64,000 bases of DNA. It comes from Eledone cirrhosa (lineage: Eukaryota). Each line of letters begins with the position of its first letter. The stretch's first letter is position 1. The notes beneath the pieces are model-generated. The model worked only from the letters and a program-made list of their open reading frames with translations. It made no database searches and was not told the DNA's origin. This document shows positions 28,180 to 43,332 of the stretch, piece after piece. The translations under genes and the position numbers were made by a program. The DNA lies in NCBI GenBank assembly GCA_964016885.1, contig OZ024742.1:27094001-27158000 (forward strand). Direction: 5' to 3'.

Positions 28180-28450
28180 TTTATCATTTATTTTGTTTGA
28201 CCTGTTTAACTTGACTTGTTTTTTGGCTTAGGTGTTTAATGCCTTCTTGACCACTTTTTCAGTTTTGTATGGCGTATTAACGTTTAGCTCAGGTTTTTTT
28301 AACTATGGAACGCTTGCTAGCATAACTCTGATTTTGCGTTTCGTTTCGCTTTTTCTACTCGCCGAAATGCGACTCTCGCTGAATTTTATATTTATATGTG
28401 TATATGTATATATATGTATACATATATTATGTATATATATACATATATTA

Positions 28451-28523
<73 letters not shown>

Positions 28524-28638
28524 ATATATATAAACATATAAAAGTATATATAAACATATATATAAACATATGAATGTATAGATAAACATATCTATATATA
28601 TAAACATATATATATATATAGAGAGATAAATAAATACG

Positions 28639-28670
<32 letters not shown>

Positions 28671-28704
28671 TATCTATCTATCTATATATATATATATATA
28701 TATG

Positions 28705-28766
<62 letters not shown>

Positions 28767-28824
28767 GGTTTGTGTATGTTTCTCTCTCTCTCTATATATA
28801 TATATATATCTGTGTGCGTGGGTA

Positions 28825-28911
<87 letters not shown>

Positions 28912-29178
28912 TTATATCTATTCAAATAGAACTCACAACATTAAGTTCTTATCTGATTATGTCACTATCTGTAAACCAACTTTTGTATTTTATCTGATGA
29001 GTGCGTACCAAAATGTTGGAACCCTTGAAATATATATCATAAAATAAATATGGATTTATAAAGATAGCTTCCATTTATTAATATTATTGATATTATACTC
29101 CAGAAGGAAACTGTTGAGTGCTTCTAATCTGTTATGAATTAAATTTGTTGAATAATCAACAAATTATATAACTCATTG

Positions 29179-29265
<87 letters not shown>

Positions 29266-29339
29266 GTGTTTGTTTCTATTGCTTCCTTCAATATCAAATA
29301 TTCCAAGTCAATTGGGATCACTCTAATGCGTTGTAACAT

Positions 29340-31897
29340 TTCTATCTGCTGTTAGAACTAGACTAAGTACTCATTAATCTGGACGTGAAACATCTTCAAA
29401 CCATCTCCAAATACACCTATACTATCTATTGGTAGAGCTAGACTAAACATGGATTAATCAGGTTGTGAAATATCTTCACAGCACCTCCACGTATTCATAT
29501 AACTTTTGTTAATAGAACTAGACTAAACTGATTAACCTGTGTGGGAGATATCTACAAAACCTATCAAAATATTCATATACTGTTTGTTATTAGAACTAGA
29601 CTAAACTCTGATTAAACTTAGTGTGAAATATATGCACAACAGATCCATGTATCCAAATATCTTCACTACGCTTCCAAGTATTCATTCATATAATAATTGG
29701 TGTTAGAATTAGACGAAGCTCTGATTAACCTGTGTGTGTATTATCTTTACAACATCTCCAAATATCCATATACTATATGTTGTTCGTACTGGACTATGCT
29801 CTGATTAACCTGCGTGTGAAATATATTTACAACATCTCCAAATATCCATATACTATCTGTTGTTACTACTGGACTAAGATCTGATTAACATGTGTGTGAA
29901 CTATATTTACAACATCTCCAAATATCCATATACTATATGTTGTTAGTACTGGACTAAGCTCTGATTAACCTGTGTGTGAAATATATTTACAACATCTCCA
30001 AATATCCATATACTATATGTTGTTAGTACTGGACTAAGCTCTGATTAACATGTGTGTGAAATATATTTACAACATCTCCAAATATCCATATACTATATGT
30101 TGTTAGTACTGGACTAAGCTCTGATTAACCTGTGTGTGAAATATATTTACAACATCTCCAAATATCCATATACTATCTGTTGTTAGAACTAGACGAAGCT
30201 CTGATTAACCTGCGTGTGAAATATCTTTACAACATCGCCAAATATGTATATACTATCTGTTGTTAGTACTGGACTAAGCTCTGATTAACCTGTGTGTGAA
30301 ATATCTTTACATCTCCAAATATCCATATACTATCTGTTGTTACTACTGGACTAAGCTCTGATTAACGTGTGTGTGAAATATATTTACAACATCTCCAAAT
30401 ATCCATATACTATCTGTTGTTAGTACTGGACTAAACTCTGATTAACCTGTGTGTGAAATATCTTTACATCTCCAAATATCCATATACTATCTGTTGTTAC
30501 TACTGGACTAAACTCTGATTAACCTGTGTGTGAAATATCTTTACATCTCCAAATATCCATATACTATCTGTTGTTAGTACTGGACTAAACTCTGATTAAC
30601 ATGTGTGTGAAATATCTTTACATCTCCAAATATCCATATACTATCTGTTGTTAGTACTGGACTAAACTCTGATTAACCTGTGTGTGAAATATCTTTACAT
30701 CTCCAAATATCCATATACTATCTGTTGTTAGTACTGGACTAAACTCTGATTAACCTGTGTGTGAAATATCTTTACATCTCCAAATATCCATATACTATCT
30801 GTTGTTACTACTGGACTAAACTCTGATTAACCTGTGTGTGAAATATCTTTACATCTCCAAATATCCATATACTATCTGTTGTTAGTACTGGACTAAACTC
30901 TGATTAACATGTGTGTGAAATATCTTTACATCTCCAAATATCCATATACTATCTGTTGTTAGTACTGGACTAAACTCTGATTAACCTGTGAGTGAAATAT
31001 CTTTACATCTCCAAATATCCATATACTATCTGTTGTTAGTACTGGACTAAACTCTGATTAACCTGTGTGTGAAATATCTTTACATCTCCAAATATCCATA
31101 TACTATCTGTTGTTACTACTGGACTAAACTCTGATTAACCTGTGTGTGAAATATCTTTACATCTCCAAATATCCATATACTATCTGTTGTTAGTACTGGA
31201 CTAAACTCTGATTAACATGTGTGTGAAATATCTTTACATCTCCAAATATCCATATACTATCTGTTGTTAGTACTGGACTAAACTCTGATTAACCTGCGTG
31301 TGAAATATCTTTACATCTCCAAATATCCATATACTATCTGTTGTTAGTACTGGACTAAGCTCTGATTAACATGTGTGTGAAATATATTTACATCTCCAAA
31401 TATCCATATACTATCTGTTGTTAGTACTGGACTAAGATCTGATTAACCTGCGTGTGAAATATCTTTATATCTCCAAATATCCATATACTATCTGTTGTTA
31501 GTACTGGACTAAGATCTGATTAACCTGTGTGTGAAATATATTTACATCTCCAAATATCCATATACTATCTGTTGTTAGTACTGGACTAAACTCTGATTAA
31601 CGTGTGTGTGAAATATATTTACAACATCTCCAAATATCCATATACTATCTGTTGTTACTACTGGACTAAACTCTGATTAACGTGTGTGTGAAATATCTTT
31701 ACAACATCTCCAAATATCCATATACTATCTGTTGTTAGTACTGGACGAAGCTCTGATTAACATGTGTGTGAAATATCTTTACATCTCCAAATATCCATAT
31801 ACTATCTGTTGTTAGTACTGGACTAAACTCTGATTAACCTGTGTGTGAAATATCTTTACATCTCCAAATATCCATATACTATCTGTTGTTAGAACTC
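29340..31897. repeat. Satellite array, 77/80-bp unit, about 33 copies
   Basis: Unit TACTATCTGTTGTTAGTACTGGACTAAACTCTGATTAACCTGTGTGTGAAATATCTTTAC(AAC)ATCTCCAAATATCCATA. AATATCCATA recurs every 80 bp from 29761, then mostly every 77 bp. No unique spacers. Confidence 0.97.
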
Positions 31898-32920
31898 GAC
31901 AAAAGACAATCTCGAAACTGAGCTGATTCAAATACAGTCAACAACAAACATTAAGATTGTTGATTCTAATTGTAATATCACATATATGAACAAAAGTGTT
32001 TCACTAATTATAATTAACATCTACGTAGACATACATCAGAAACTCCATGACTACTAGAAATACCGAATGACTTATGTGTTTTTGTTTTTAGATGTGATTA
32101 GAATTTTATAATAATAAAAACATATTCTCTGAAGTTCTTTAGAAATTCTCTACAATCTTTTTTGTTTACATCAACAAACAGCCTTTTTTCATACGGGGTC
32201 CAGCATCTCTGATTAGTTGTGAACAATGAGTATGAAATTTCAGTCTAAAATTAAATGTGCACTCTATTTTGTGCCTATGAATATTTTATGTAGTTACGAT
32301 CAATAGCATTCTTTCAGTTATGAGAATATATGAATAAATAATATCATTATTTGCAAGATGAGCGTATAAAAATATCAAATTATATAATGAACGAAGATTG
32401 TTGATTTCTCTTCAAATACGATGTCTCCCCTTGAGAGGATCTACTTTTACAAGGACGGACTTAAAGAATACGTTACTTCGAGTGGCACTAAACATGTTAA
32501 GCTTCTACTTTCATTGTGTAGTAAGATGTGGAGAAGTTTTTTTTTTTACTTATATTTACACAAGAGGGAACAAATTTCAGCGTTGAATTATTACTGATGA
32601 CCTCCGAGGTCATTCAAGAGGTTGAACTCTTATAGTTTTCCGCTTACTAAAATTGTATTTTTATTTTAAATACCGTAACAGAAAACCGTTCAGACGATAG
32701 ATGTAATTAAAGTTAATTCATTCCACTAGAGTCTAGACAATAATGAAGATATTGATGCTAGGTCGTAGACATGTCAATAATATTTCGTTCATCTTAGCCA
32801 TCACATTGTTGTTGTCAATACAGCTTCTGATGTGTTTATTTCTACATGAATTGCTGCTGCTGCTACTACAACTACTACTTCTACTGTTACTGCAACTACA
32901 TATGGGATATTTATGATGTC

Positions 32921-33478
32921 GTTTCTAACACTGGCACAAAGTCGGCAGTATAGGGGGAGCAGAAATTCGATTAAGTCGATCTCAATAATTTACTGGTATT
33001 TTATTTCATCGGAGCTCAGAGATCAGAGAGCCATCCGGATAGAGCTGCTACTTCTCTTAATTGAAAGATCAAAGCTCCGACACTACGGACATGTTGTTAG
33101 AATGCCCCAGGAAAGAATCGCTTGACAGATCTTACGGGCAAAACTAACCAGCAGGAGTCCCAGGTGTAGACCACGTGCAAGGTGGTTGGATAATATCCAT
33201 CAGCTTGGCTGGTCTCGGTTGGGGATCCAGACGGATCAGTTAAAGACGGCTGCTACTGACAGGACCTGCTGGAGAGAGTGTTTGAGGGCTCTGCTCCCAC
33301 TACCCTCTCAGGAATAATTGGCGAATAAGGTGGTGGTCGTGGCGGTCGTCGTTGTCGTGGAAATATGAAAAGCAAAATGTTGACCTCGGTATGATTTCAC
33401 CCCAAAATGTAATGCGACAAAAATAAATTCTACAAGTATTTAACATGATGCTCTATTATTTTGCCCATCCATCGCCAT
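32921..33478 (-). mobile_element. Diverged family A SINE split by an RTE insertion
   Basis: The tail half (32921-33011) and head half (33360-33478) flank the RTE fragment. Confidence 0.55.
33012..33358 (+). mobile_element. RTE (Expander-like) LINE 3' fragment
   Basis: IERSKLRHYGHVVRMPQERIA*QILRAKLTSRSPRCRPRARWLDNIHQLGWSRLGI..DRTCWRECLRALLP, followed by a decayed (GTG/GTC)n tail. Confidence 0.8.
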
Positions 33479-33517
33479 CGGTGTATTGTTAATATCAATA
33501 TAGATTAAGAGCATTGT

Positions 33518-34303
33518 ACTGGCAGAATTGGTAGGACGTTTGATGAATTGACACTGCGGTATTTTTTCAGGTTATTTACATTCTGAATTCCTGTCCCACG
33601 AGATCAAATGTGCCTTTCCTTATTTCATGGTTCATGAAATGAAATATCAGTCAACTACGGGGGTTGATTTATTCCACTTTGCCCTTCCCATGAAATGTTC
33701 TGGTATTATCCCTAACTAATTTAGAAATCATTATCGATTGAAGACAATGAATTGGCAGACCCATTTCTGTGTCAGATGAAATCCCTTTAGAAATTAGTTT
33801 CTTTCCGATTTCTAATCCCAACGTGGTCAAACTCTCTACAGATCTGTCTGGCATCATTAAAATAAGATACCAGTGAAATACCATCTACTACAAACTTCTT
33901 TCAAAACTGGGACATTGTGCTTGTGTTAGAAATCATTATTATTATGCGGTAGATTCGCAGTATCGGTAGAGGGTCGGACGTCATGCTTTGATGCATAGAG
34001 TTACACCCCTTGCCATTTTGAGTTCAAATGCCGCCGAGGTTCACTTTGCCTTTCCTCCTTACGGGGTCGATAAAATAAAGTACCTGTAATGCACTGGGTA
34101 TTTGCTGGCCTTGTGCCAAATGTAGAAACAATTATGTAATACAAAACAATAAGGATTGGAAGTATCGGTAGAGCGTCGGACAACATGTTTTGCTGGGTAT
34201 AGAATATAGTTACGACCCTTTCCGTTCTGTGTTCAAATCGCTCCAAGGTTAGTTGTGCCTTTAATTCTTACAGGATCGATAAATCAAAATATACCAGTAA
34301 CGC
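33518..34303 (+). mobile_element. Three same-strand family A SINEs (33518-33732 diverged; 33946-34134; 34153-34303)
   Basis: Each has a TGGCAG..GGTAG-like head, a B box and the GCCTTT..GATAAA..TACC core. Confidence 0.8.
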
Positions 34304-34340
34304 AATATTTAATATATATATAGATATATGTATATAATAC

Positions 34341-34391
<51 letters not shown>

Positions 34392-34408
34392 AATATATCA
34401 ATTTCTAG

Positions 34409-34455
<47 letters not shown>

Positions 34456-34577
34456 GTAATCTATGTAGAAAGGGTGGGGCAGTAACATCGAAGATTCAGC
34501 TATGTCGCTTCATCTGACTACGGTATTATCATCACATGCTCATATATATTTTTATATATATATATATATACATAATT

Positions 34578-34735
34578 TAATACATTAACAGAGAAAGCTT
34601 TAAGCAACACTCCGACCGACTTCCGTCTCACTCAACAAACATTAGGATATACCTTAGTATAATCCCAATTATACGTTTGGGGTGCTAACTATACGTATTT
34701 TGCTGATAGCCAGTTGTATTATTTTATATGAGACA
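34578..34735. repeat. Interspersed repeat paralogous to 1908-2068
   Basis: Colinear similarity seen by eye. Confidence 0.7.
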
Positions 34736-35137
34736 AAATTAAATACATCCCTCCTTCCAAACGATCGTTTCATTTATTATAAGTTTTCTACAAGTTGGGA
34801 AAATAGTGTCCAGGTTATGTAGAAGCCTACACATAGTCTATAGGAATATATGTAGGTGGGCACTTATAAATAATCAGTGGATGCCCAGCAATATCGATAT
34901 AAAAAAAACCCTACCGATATTAACATTCAGCGATGGTACCCGCCAGTGTTAGAGTGACCGCCAAATTTGAAATTCCAGCAGTCTCACAAAGAGAAATATA
35001 ACACCGTCACCAAGCGGGAAGGGGAGGTCATCGTAAAACATAAAAGGATAAAATAATATTCTCGCAGGACAATTAATTCTGTCAATAATTTAAACGAAGA
35101 ACTCAATTGGATATTTTAAAAAATAAATATATGCATG

Positions 35138-35171
<34 letters not shown>

Positions 35172-35435
35172 TGAACAAACGAAAAATCAGTGATGCATCT
35201 GGACTCAGTTTATTGCGTGTTACAATTGTTTCGCCGGCAGGTAGCTCGAGACATGATCACTGTATGGATCTGGCTGATTCTACGGTGCAGGTTCCTTTCG
35301 GACACAGGTAGTTCGTTCGGAGAAAATTTTCGTTTGTTTATACTACCACACTCTGCTCTGTATGATTATCGAGTGCTAATGTTGGCATACCGCCTATGGA
35401 AGCACCATAGCTACCATTATATATATATATATAAA

Positions 35436-35603
35436 GGGCGGTGGATTGGCAGTATCGGTAGAGGATCGGACGCCATGCTTTCCAGCATAGTTACGTCCCT
35501 TTACGATCTTGACTTTGCCTTTCATCCTTACGGGGTCGATAAAATAAAGTACCAGTAATGCACTGGGTAATTGCTGGCCTTGTGCCTAAAGTAGAAACAA
35601 TTA
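35436..35603 (+). mobile_element. Family A SINE with internal B-box deletion
   Basis: Matches the family but reads TACGATCT|TGACTTTGCC, lacking GAGTTCAAATCCC..GAGG. Confidence 0.85.
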
Positions 35604-35657
<54 letters not shown>

Positions 35658-36865
35658 AAGATTGAAGAGTAACACGGTTGGCTGTACAACAAGGGGCTTT
35701 ATTTCAGGTATTAACAATTGTTTCATTGATCTGGGAGTCTAGAGGCCGCTAAACGTTCGAAGTTGCGTCACTCGAACTCTCGATCACTCGATATATACAT
35801 ATATATATATATATATATGTGTGTTTGTGTCTTTCTGTGTGGATTTACATACATACATACATACATATCGGCGTATACGTATATTAAATTTCCAGTAGAA
35901 TGAACTTTAGGAACATGAAAAAAGTAGTTTTGGTCACAGATAAAACGCGTTGTCAGATCTGCAATTCGAACTCACAACCTCGTGATAGTGAATCCACGTA
36001 CCCTTATCGAATCCTCTCTGGATTTTGGTCGTTATGTTTATTATTATTACTATACACATATATAAATATATATACAATATATATCAGTGTTAAATCAGCG
36101 TGCATACTTCATTTCGTTAGCAATACAATAAAAATGCCAATATGTTTTGCTTATATTTGTTTTCTTTTTCTTTTGATCGTATTCATATGACACCAGGACA
36201 GATATATCAGATCATTGTTCTGATATGATATAGCTGTGACCATATCGATATCGTTAACAGATTCAATCACTACGCATACGAATTCGCAGTGTGCATTGAT
36301 CTCTATAGTATATAAGATCTGATGAAAAATATTTATTTATTCATCGAAAGAGAGAACTACAATAGTTTCGATATTGATCGTGAAATTCATCTGAGTACTG
36401 AGAGCAGTTGCAACAATCCAAATCAACGAATTAATCAGATGACATGGAGCGTACTCTCTAGTCTATTATTTCCACTTTTCTGTTGATATAAATGGATAGA
36501 TCGACAAGATTTCAGAGCCTATTTGTTTTCGGAGTGAGGTGGAACCCGTCCAATCGGACCAAGGAAACAATGTTTCCATTGGTGTTTTAAATGCTGGTAT
36601 TATCTACCGGTCGCAACTCCAAGCAGAATGAGCATTGTGCAATAAAGTTTCTTGCTCAAGGACATAACGCATCGCCCTTTCAGTGAACCGAACTCGCCAC
36701 CACCTGGTTACAAATCCAATTCTCTAACCACTATGTCACTCACCTTCACTGTTGATATAATGCAAACACATGAAGTATGTAGATGGTCCTCTATTGGTTT
36801 TAAATGTAATGTTCCAGTTATCAGTTTAACGAAACTGCTTACTCATTATACTAATGTGTAACTGA

Positions 36866-37115
36866 TGGAATATTGGTCGCACTGAGACAGGTGTGCAGTC
36901 GAGACCATAGCACTGAAGACTTCTGGTGTCCTTGGCGTTAAGACCACCTACCTAGACATCACCATCGGCAGGGATTTGGCTATCCGCAGTTGTGAGCCGC
37001 ACGAGCTGGAAAGGCTCTTCCAATACGTCGCCCTCACCATCCTCCTGGGAAAATCCTTCTCTATTCTGTCAGCCGGGGCCATGATGGGGCCAGCGTGTGA
37101 GCCCACATTTACTTA
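36866..37115 (+). mobile_element. CRE-like non-LTR retrotransposon 3' end (restriction-like endonuclease region)
   Basis: DRCAVETIALKTSGVLGVKTT..IGRDLAIRSCEPHELERLFQYVALTILLGKSFSILS; the 3' end CATTTACTTATAAT is shared with the 48462 copy. Confidence 0.7.
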
Positions 37116-37294
37116 TAATTGTTTCTACATTTGACACAAGGCCAGCAATTACCCAGTGCATTACTGGTACTTTATTTTATCGACCCCGTAAGGATGAAAG
37201 GCAAAGTTAACCTCGACGGGATTTGAACTCAGACCGTAAAGGGACATAACTATGCTGGAAAGCATGGCGTCCGACCCTCTACCGATACTGCCAA
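37116..37294 (-). mobile_element. Family A SINE
   Basis: Full-length reverse-complement match. Confidence 0.88.
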
Positions 37295-37938
37295 GTGAGA
37301 GATAAGTAGAGCGAGAGACGGTGACAGTTAGTGGAAAAGGGAGAACATCAACTTTGTATTTACATATTTATTTATTTGTTGGAACCACTGGTTGAATATT
37401 CCAGAGATATATGTAGCCTTAGGATATTCATAATGACAGATTGTGGGACGATGTTTTATCTTTGAAGTACAGTTATTGTCAGTCAGGTTTCCACACAATA
37501 TTCCACCCAATATTCCGGTAAAGTTGCCAAATATTATGATGTCAGATTGAACCCGACTTCTCATCTTAAGTATTACGCCATACTGCGTTACATAATTTCT
37601 AATGTAGCCTCATATTAACCATTGACTTGGTACAGGAATTTGGAAGTTCGACCTATGTAGAGAACTCACTGAACAAACACATACACACACACATACATTC
37701 AGCATCATGAACGGCGTATACAATACTCTAATACACACACACTAACGCTGTATACACCATTATAATACATACACACGCGCGCCATTACGAATGCTGTATA
37801 AACCACTCTAATATATAAACACACAGACCATCAGGAACGGTGTATATACCATACCAACAGAGTTACACATACAGACATATACACAAAAACTACACACACA
37901 TCAATATTACCATATTTCTTCTTTTCAACTTCCTAGCT

Positions 37939-37976
<38 letters not shown>

Positions 37977-38326
37977 TCATACCCTCTTACTCCCTCTCTC
38001 TCTTTCTCTCCACCTTATTTTTCCATCCTCTTTCTCTCCCCTTCCGTCTTTCTCTCCTTCTCCCTGCCTCGTCCTCCTTCTCTGTCTCTCCTTCTTTCCC
38101 TAGCACTCCTTCTCTTTCTCTAGCCCTCCTTCTATCTCCCTCGACCCCCTTTTCTCTCTCTCTCTCTCCATAATTTATTCTTCACAAAGGAGTAACACCT
38201 TTGTTTTCTTAATCTATATTTACCCGAGATTTTCTGTCATTGTTCTTCGTGATTGTCTCCCCTTTAATATGACTTACATATGTGTGTGTATGTGTGTGTG
38301 TATGTGTATGTATGTGTGTGTGTGTG

Positions 38327-38388
<62 letters not shown>

Positions 38389-38502
38389 CACATACATGCA
38401 TGTGTGTTAATATTTATATACACATATATGTATGTATGCATAGATAGGATAGAGAGTTGGTGGAGTCATGCGTGTTTGTGTCTTCCATTTAATTTGACCT
38501 AC

Positions 38503-38573
<71 letters not shown>

Positions 38574-39942
38574 AGACACATGCTGGAGTCTCCCATTCGG
38601 TTGTGTCATAGTATATGTGTTTTGTTACCTTTTCTCCGCCTTTGCCTCATATTATCCTTTTACGTCCCTAAATGCTAAACTTAAGATTGTATTGGAATCG
38701 ACATAATGAATACTGCAATTACGTTCAAAGCGCTTCGATCATTTGTGATGTATTGAGAAGTCTAAAGAAGAATCAGTTACATGCCTTCCATCAGAACAGT
38801 GATAGTAGCATTGTTGAAGGTTTGTCTATAAGTATATGACCTAAGCTTACAATGGGATATACATATGAAAAATCTTGATGTGAACCTTTAGAATATATAA
38901 TAAGCAATAACTATAGTGTTTATCACGAGCCAGAGGCTAAATTACTAGAATACGAAGGAAAGATGTGGCAGATCATTCTCCTTATCTCCATAATTCTCGC
39001 CTTTGAAACTGAACATAAAATGCAGCAAGCGTTTGCCTGAGAAAAGTTTCATATCACTTTATTATTTGGGCCTGAAACGTTATGCATGAATTTGCGATAA
39101 GAAAACTCCATAAAACTACATTTTATAGTCGTAAATCTTAAATGAGGACAATACCACTGGAAAACTGATTATATTTCCTTGAAGGATATTCATTAGGAAA
39201 AGGTATTTTCTACTGGAATCTATAAAAATTCCATTTTAAACAGAATTTGACACAAAATCGTTAGGATACGGTTTAATTATCAGAATAGGGTAGATATCAC
39301 ACATCGTATTGACGGCATATAAAACCTATCATATTGGCGGCTATGTTGTCGGAAATGCTATTATGCATAGTATTGTTAATGATGAGAGACTTGTGGTGTT
39401 GGTGGCAGCACTATATTAGGTGTGATGCAAATATTTGAAGCTGTTATAGGGAATATTTTATCCTCAGAATTGATGTATGTCTGTAACTGACTATAATACA
39501 AATACGTAAATATCGTTTTCGTTCTATATGTGGCTCAGTAAGACTTGTTGTGATGACAGCATACCATTAACGATGACTGCTCCACTGTCTTGTAACGTTG
39601 ACTTCATATGCGTCCACCATAGGTTTGATTTGTGATGGTGAATGAGGGAAAATTTGTTGAGTGATGTGGCTGAGGGGAATCTTGTCTCTGCGATTGGTCG
39701 ATATACAAGAAATAGCAGTCAATAACCCCGAAATCATAATTAACAGGTGTAAAAAAGGAAGTAGACTTTCAACAAAGTATTTCTTGATATACCAATGCAA
39801 AGGAATGACAACAGTTGAAACACCCAGTGCCATACCGCTTCTCTATCAGAACTGACTTGGAAGAGATGGGTTAAACAGCAACAACGAGGGTAATAGAGAC
39901 TCTGAGTGTCCTACTGAAATACGTACATTAATTTACATGTAT

Positions 39943-40070
39943 CCCTTACCATTCTGAGTTCAAAGCCCGCCGATGTTAACTTTGCCTTTCATCCTTACGG
40001 GATTGATAAAATAAAGTACCAGTAATGCACTGAGTTATTTCTGACCTTGTGTCAAAAGTAGAAACAATTA
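39943..40070 (+). mobile_element. Family A SINE, 5'-truncated
   Basis: CTGAGTTCAAAGCCCGCCGATGTTAACTTTGCCTTTCATCCTTACGG...GTAGAAACAATTA. Confidence 0.8.
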
Positions 40071-40099
40071 ATTTACATGTAGACACCACTTTTGTGAAA

Positions 40100-40430
40100 G
40101 GTCGCGGCTTACTGGTTAGATCGTTGGATTACAAATCATAAGGCTGTGAATTAGAATCCCGAAGTGGGTGGAACGTTGTGTCCTTAAGCAAGACATTATT
40201 TCACGTTGCATCAGTACACTCAGTTTGAGAAACATATTGCTATGTCAATGGTGCTAAGCTGTATCAAATGTTGCTTCTCACTTGGAGGACATTGTTGGCT
40301 TAGATAGCGGTGATTAATATGCATAAGCTACTGCTGGTCATTCACGTAAACACCTCGCACGGATTTGTCCCTCGGGGAGGGGAGTTATTATGTGTCATAA
40401 ACATGATCATTCATGAACAAAGGGTGCATT
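40100..40430 (+). mobile_element. Diverged tRNA-derived SINE with family C-like head
   Basis: GCGGCTTACTGGTTAG..GTTGTGTCCTTAAGCAAGACATTATTTCACGTTGC..TACACTCAG. Confidence 0.5.
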
Positions 40431-40845
40431 TACCATATTTCCTTTTAACATGAACTTAGTACCTTGTACATTTTAGTCATTCACTCCAATACATATGTAG
40501 CTTTTAGAGGGATAGTAGACAAAGAATGAGTGAACTTCATAGTAAAAATATCTCAGAGTGCATTTATAACATTCATAAATACATAATTCTTCAGATCCCT
40601 GGCCTTAATTTGGCCATTTCCATTTCATTATAACTTTCTTATTTCGCGTGGAGGCAACGTAGCCGAATGGTTAAGAACTTCGTTTCGCAATCATGAGTTC
40701 CCATGTTTGATCACATAACATGGCATCTTAGGCAAATGTCATTTACCATAGACTCAGGCCGACCCATGCTACAGGACACAAATTATATTGAGGGAAACAA
40801 ATGACAAACCTTCACACATACCATAGATTATCTCTGGCTCGTAAG

Positions 40846-40900
<55 letters not shown>

Positions 40901-41036
40901 GAGTTTAGATGAATATATATCTGGTGACTACTTCATCATCTCACGAAGAGGGACTAATGTAAGTTAAGACCAGAACGAGTATATAAATAATTATATATAT
41001 GTGAGTGTGTGTATGTGTGTGTGTATTTATATATAG

Positions 41037-41077
<41 letters not shown>

Positions 41078-41081
<4 letters not shown>

Positions 41082-41237
41082 AACGAGTAAGACCCCGACG
41101 GCTGAGCTCAAGCTGTTTCGACGGCTAATTCTGAACTCAGTTGTGGTCCTACTCGTTCCTATTACCCACTCTACTACCCTATCATTGAGTACTTTGGTGC
41201 GTTATGGTCCACCTGGTTCCTTACGACACTTCCTTCG

Positions 41238-41240
<3 letters not shown>
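41078..41240 (+). mobile_element. PLE pLTR 3' end with inverted 5' segment, inside (TA)n
   Basis: Same structure and sequence family as 23323-23492. Confidence 0.75.
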
Positions 41241-41283
<43 letters not shown>

Positions 41284-41320
41284 GTGTGTGTGTGTATGTG
41301 TGTGTGTATATATATGTATG

Positions 41321-41432
<112 letters not shown>

Positions 41433-42048
41433 GGGGATAATTTGTAAAAGTTTGTAAGCACACATAGCTAGGTAGGTAACTAAATAAAGTTTAACTAGAA
41501 CTTCAAAAATAGATACCTTATAATTTGATTAATCTTCCTCGTATATATTCCATTAAAGAAATATATGTCACCAATTAATCGATTGGTAAACGACAGAAGC
41601 CAGGTCCTGGATTTTCAAAAAGGAAGAGGTCCAGCGATCTGTGTTTACGCATCAAGTTCAAATCACCGACTGGCCAGTAACACGTGCTGTATCCACTAAA
41701 AATACACATATACCAGCTTCGTCCCAGTGGCGTGAATAGGGTTATCGACAACTAGAAACAGCAGTCAAGTCCTTTCAACTGAGTTAGCTCTACAATTAAG
41801 GGGCCGTATTTATATATATCAAATTATCCCCTGTGATTATTTCATATGTTTAATTATATGTCAATCAATTTCTAGTTGATATAAAATGCTCGGATCTACT
41901 CATTAGAATCTTGGAGCATATATTACGGGTGATATGGCGCATGTCTATCTGACATGACACCCTTAATTTAATTTGATTTAATTTAATTTAATTCAATTTA
42001 TCTTAATTTTGGATATATATATATATATATATATACATATATATATGC

Positions 42049-42087
<39 letters not shown>

Positions 42088-42150
42088 TATATATATATAC
42101 ATATATATGAGTATATATATATACATACATATATATGAGTATATATATAC

Positions 42151-42238
<88 letters not shown>

Positions 42239-42262
42239 ATATGTATATACATATACATATAA

Positions 42263-42295
<33 letters not shown>

Positions 42296-42656
42296 AAACA
42301 TATAGATATATGTATGTGTGTGTGTGTGTGTGTCGATGTGTTCACACTTGTATATGATACGATATGATAAAATACAATTCATACAATCATACTTGGTTTG
42401 CTTTTTAAATTATTTCTATTTTATGATATTAAACTACTTAAATTCTGTCCAGACACAAACGCCCACACAACGGCTCCATGAAAGGTATAAGTTAGTAAGG
42501 ATAAACCTTTGAACGTCGGACCGTAATAGAGCCAGAAAAAGTGTTATAAAAATACGCATATTATTCCTGGCATATTATATAAGAATGTTAATAGTACGAA
42601 TCAGAATCAATTCCATCCCACACTTCACATATCAGAATAACAGACAGCAAAACCTA

Positions 42657-42719
<63 letters not shown>

Positions 42720-43332
42720 GTGTGAGTGTGTACATATGCATGTTATAAACATGTTTATATACATATTTTTGTATATATGTATATATGTATATATATATAT
42801 GTCTGTGTGTGTGTACGTGTTTGTGAGTGTGTGTAACATTTACGTGAAGGTAAATATCGATTTAGTTGCGATATGACAAAATATAAATGAAAATAATTAA
42901 AACATATATATAAAGATGCATGTATACATTCACATATATATATAAATATATGGATACATATACATACACAGATGTATATATATATATATGTGTGTGGGGG
43001 GTGTATATATATATATATATATATATAGGAAAGTAAGCCCATTTAAGTTGGCGGAGGAAATGTATTATTGTATTTATTATGCTTTTGAAGCAGAATAAAT
43101 AGGCTGCACTTTACATGAAGGATTATGCAGCCATGTTTAATGTTCACGGCTTGACGGCTTGAAATTATTTCACAACTACAAACTACCATTCTATTCTCTT
43201 TATGGTTCTACTTCTCTTATATTCTGGTTTTGGTATTGATAAAATGAAACTATTGACACGGTTGTCAGATAGCAAGTGGATATTTTACATATATGTATAC
43301 ATACGCCCGCACCTTCATATATATATATATAT

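Noticed and set aside
29340-31897. CRISPR array or coding repeat
   Set aside because: The units are contiguous with no unique spacers, there are no cas genes, and the unit has stops in all six frames.
32592-32617. CTGATGA overlapping the hairpin TGACCTC-C-GAGGTCA
   Set aside because: No downstream GAAA/NUH; probably a chance hairpin.
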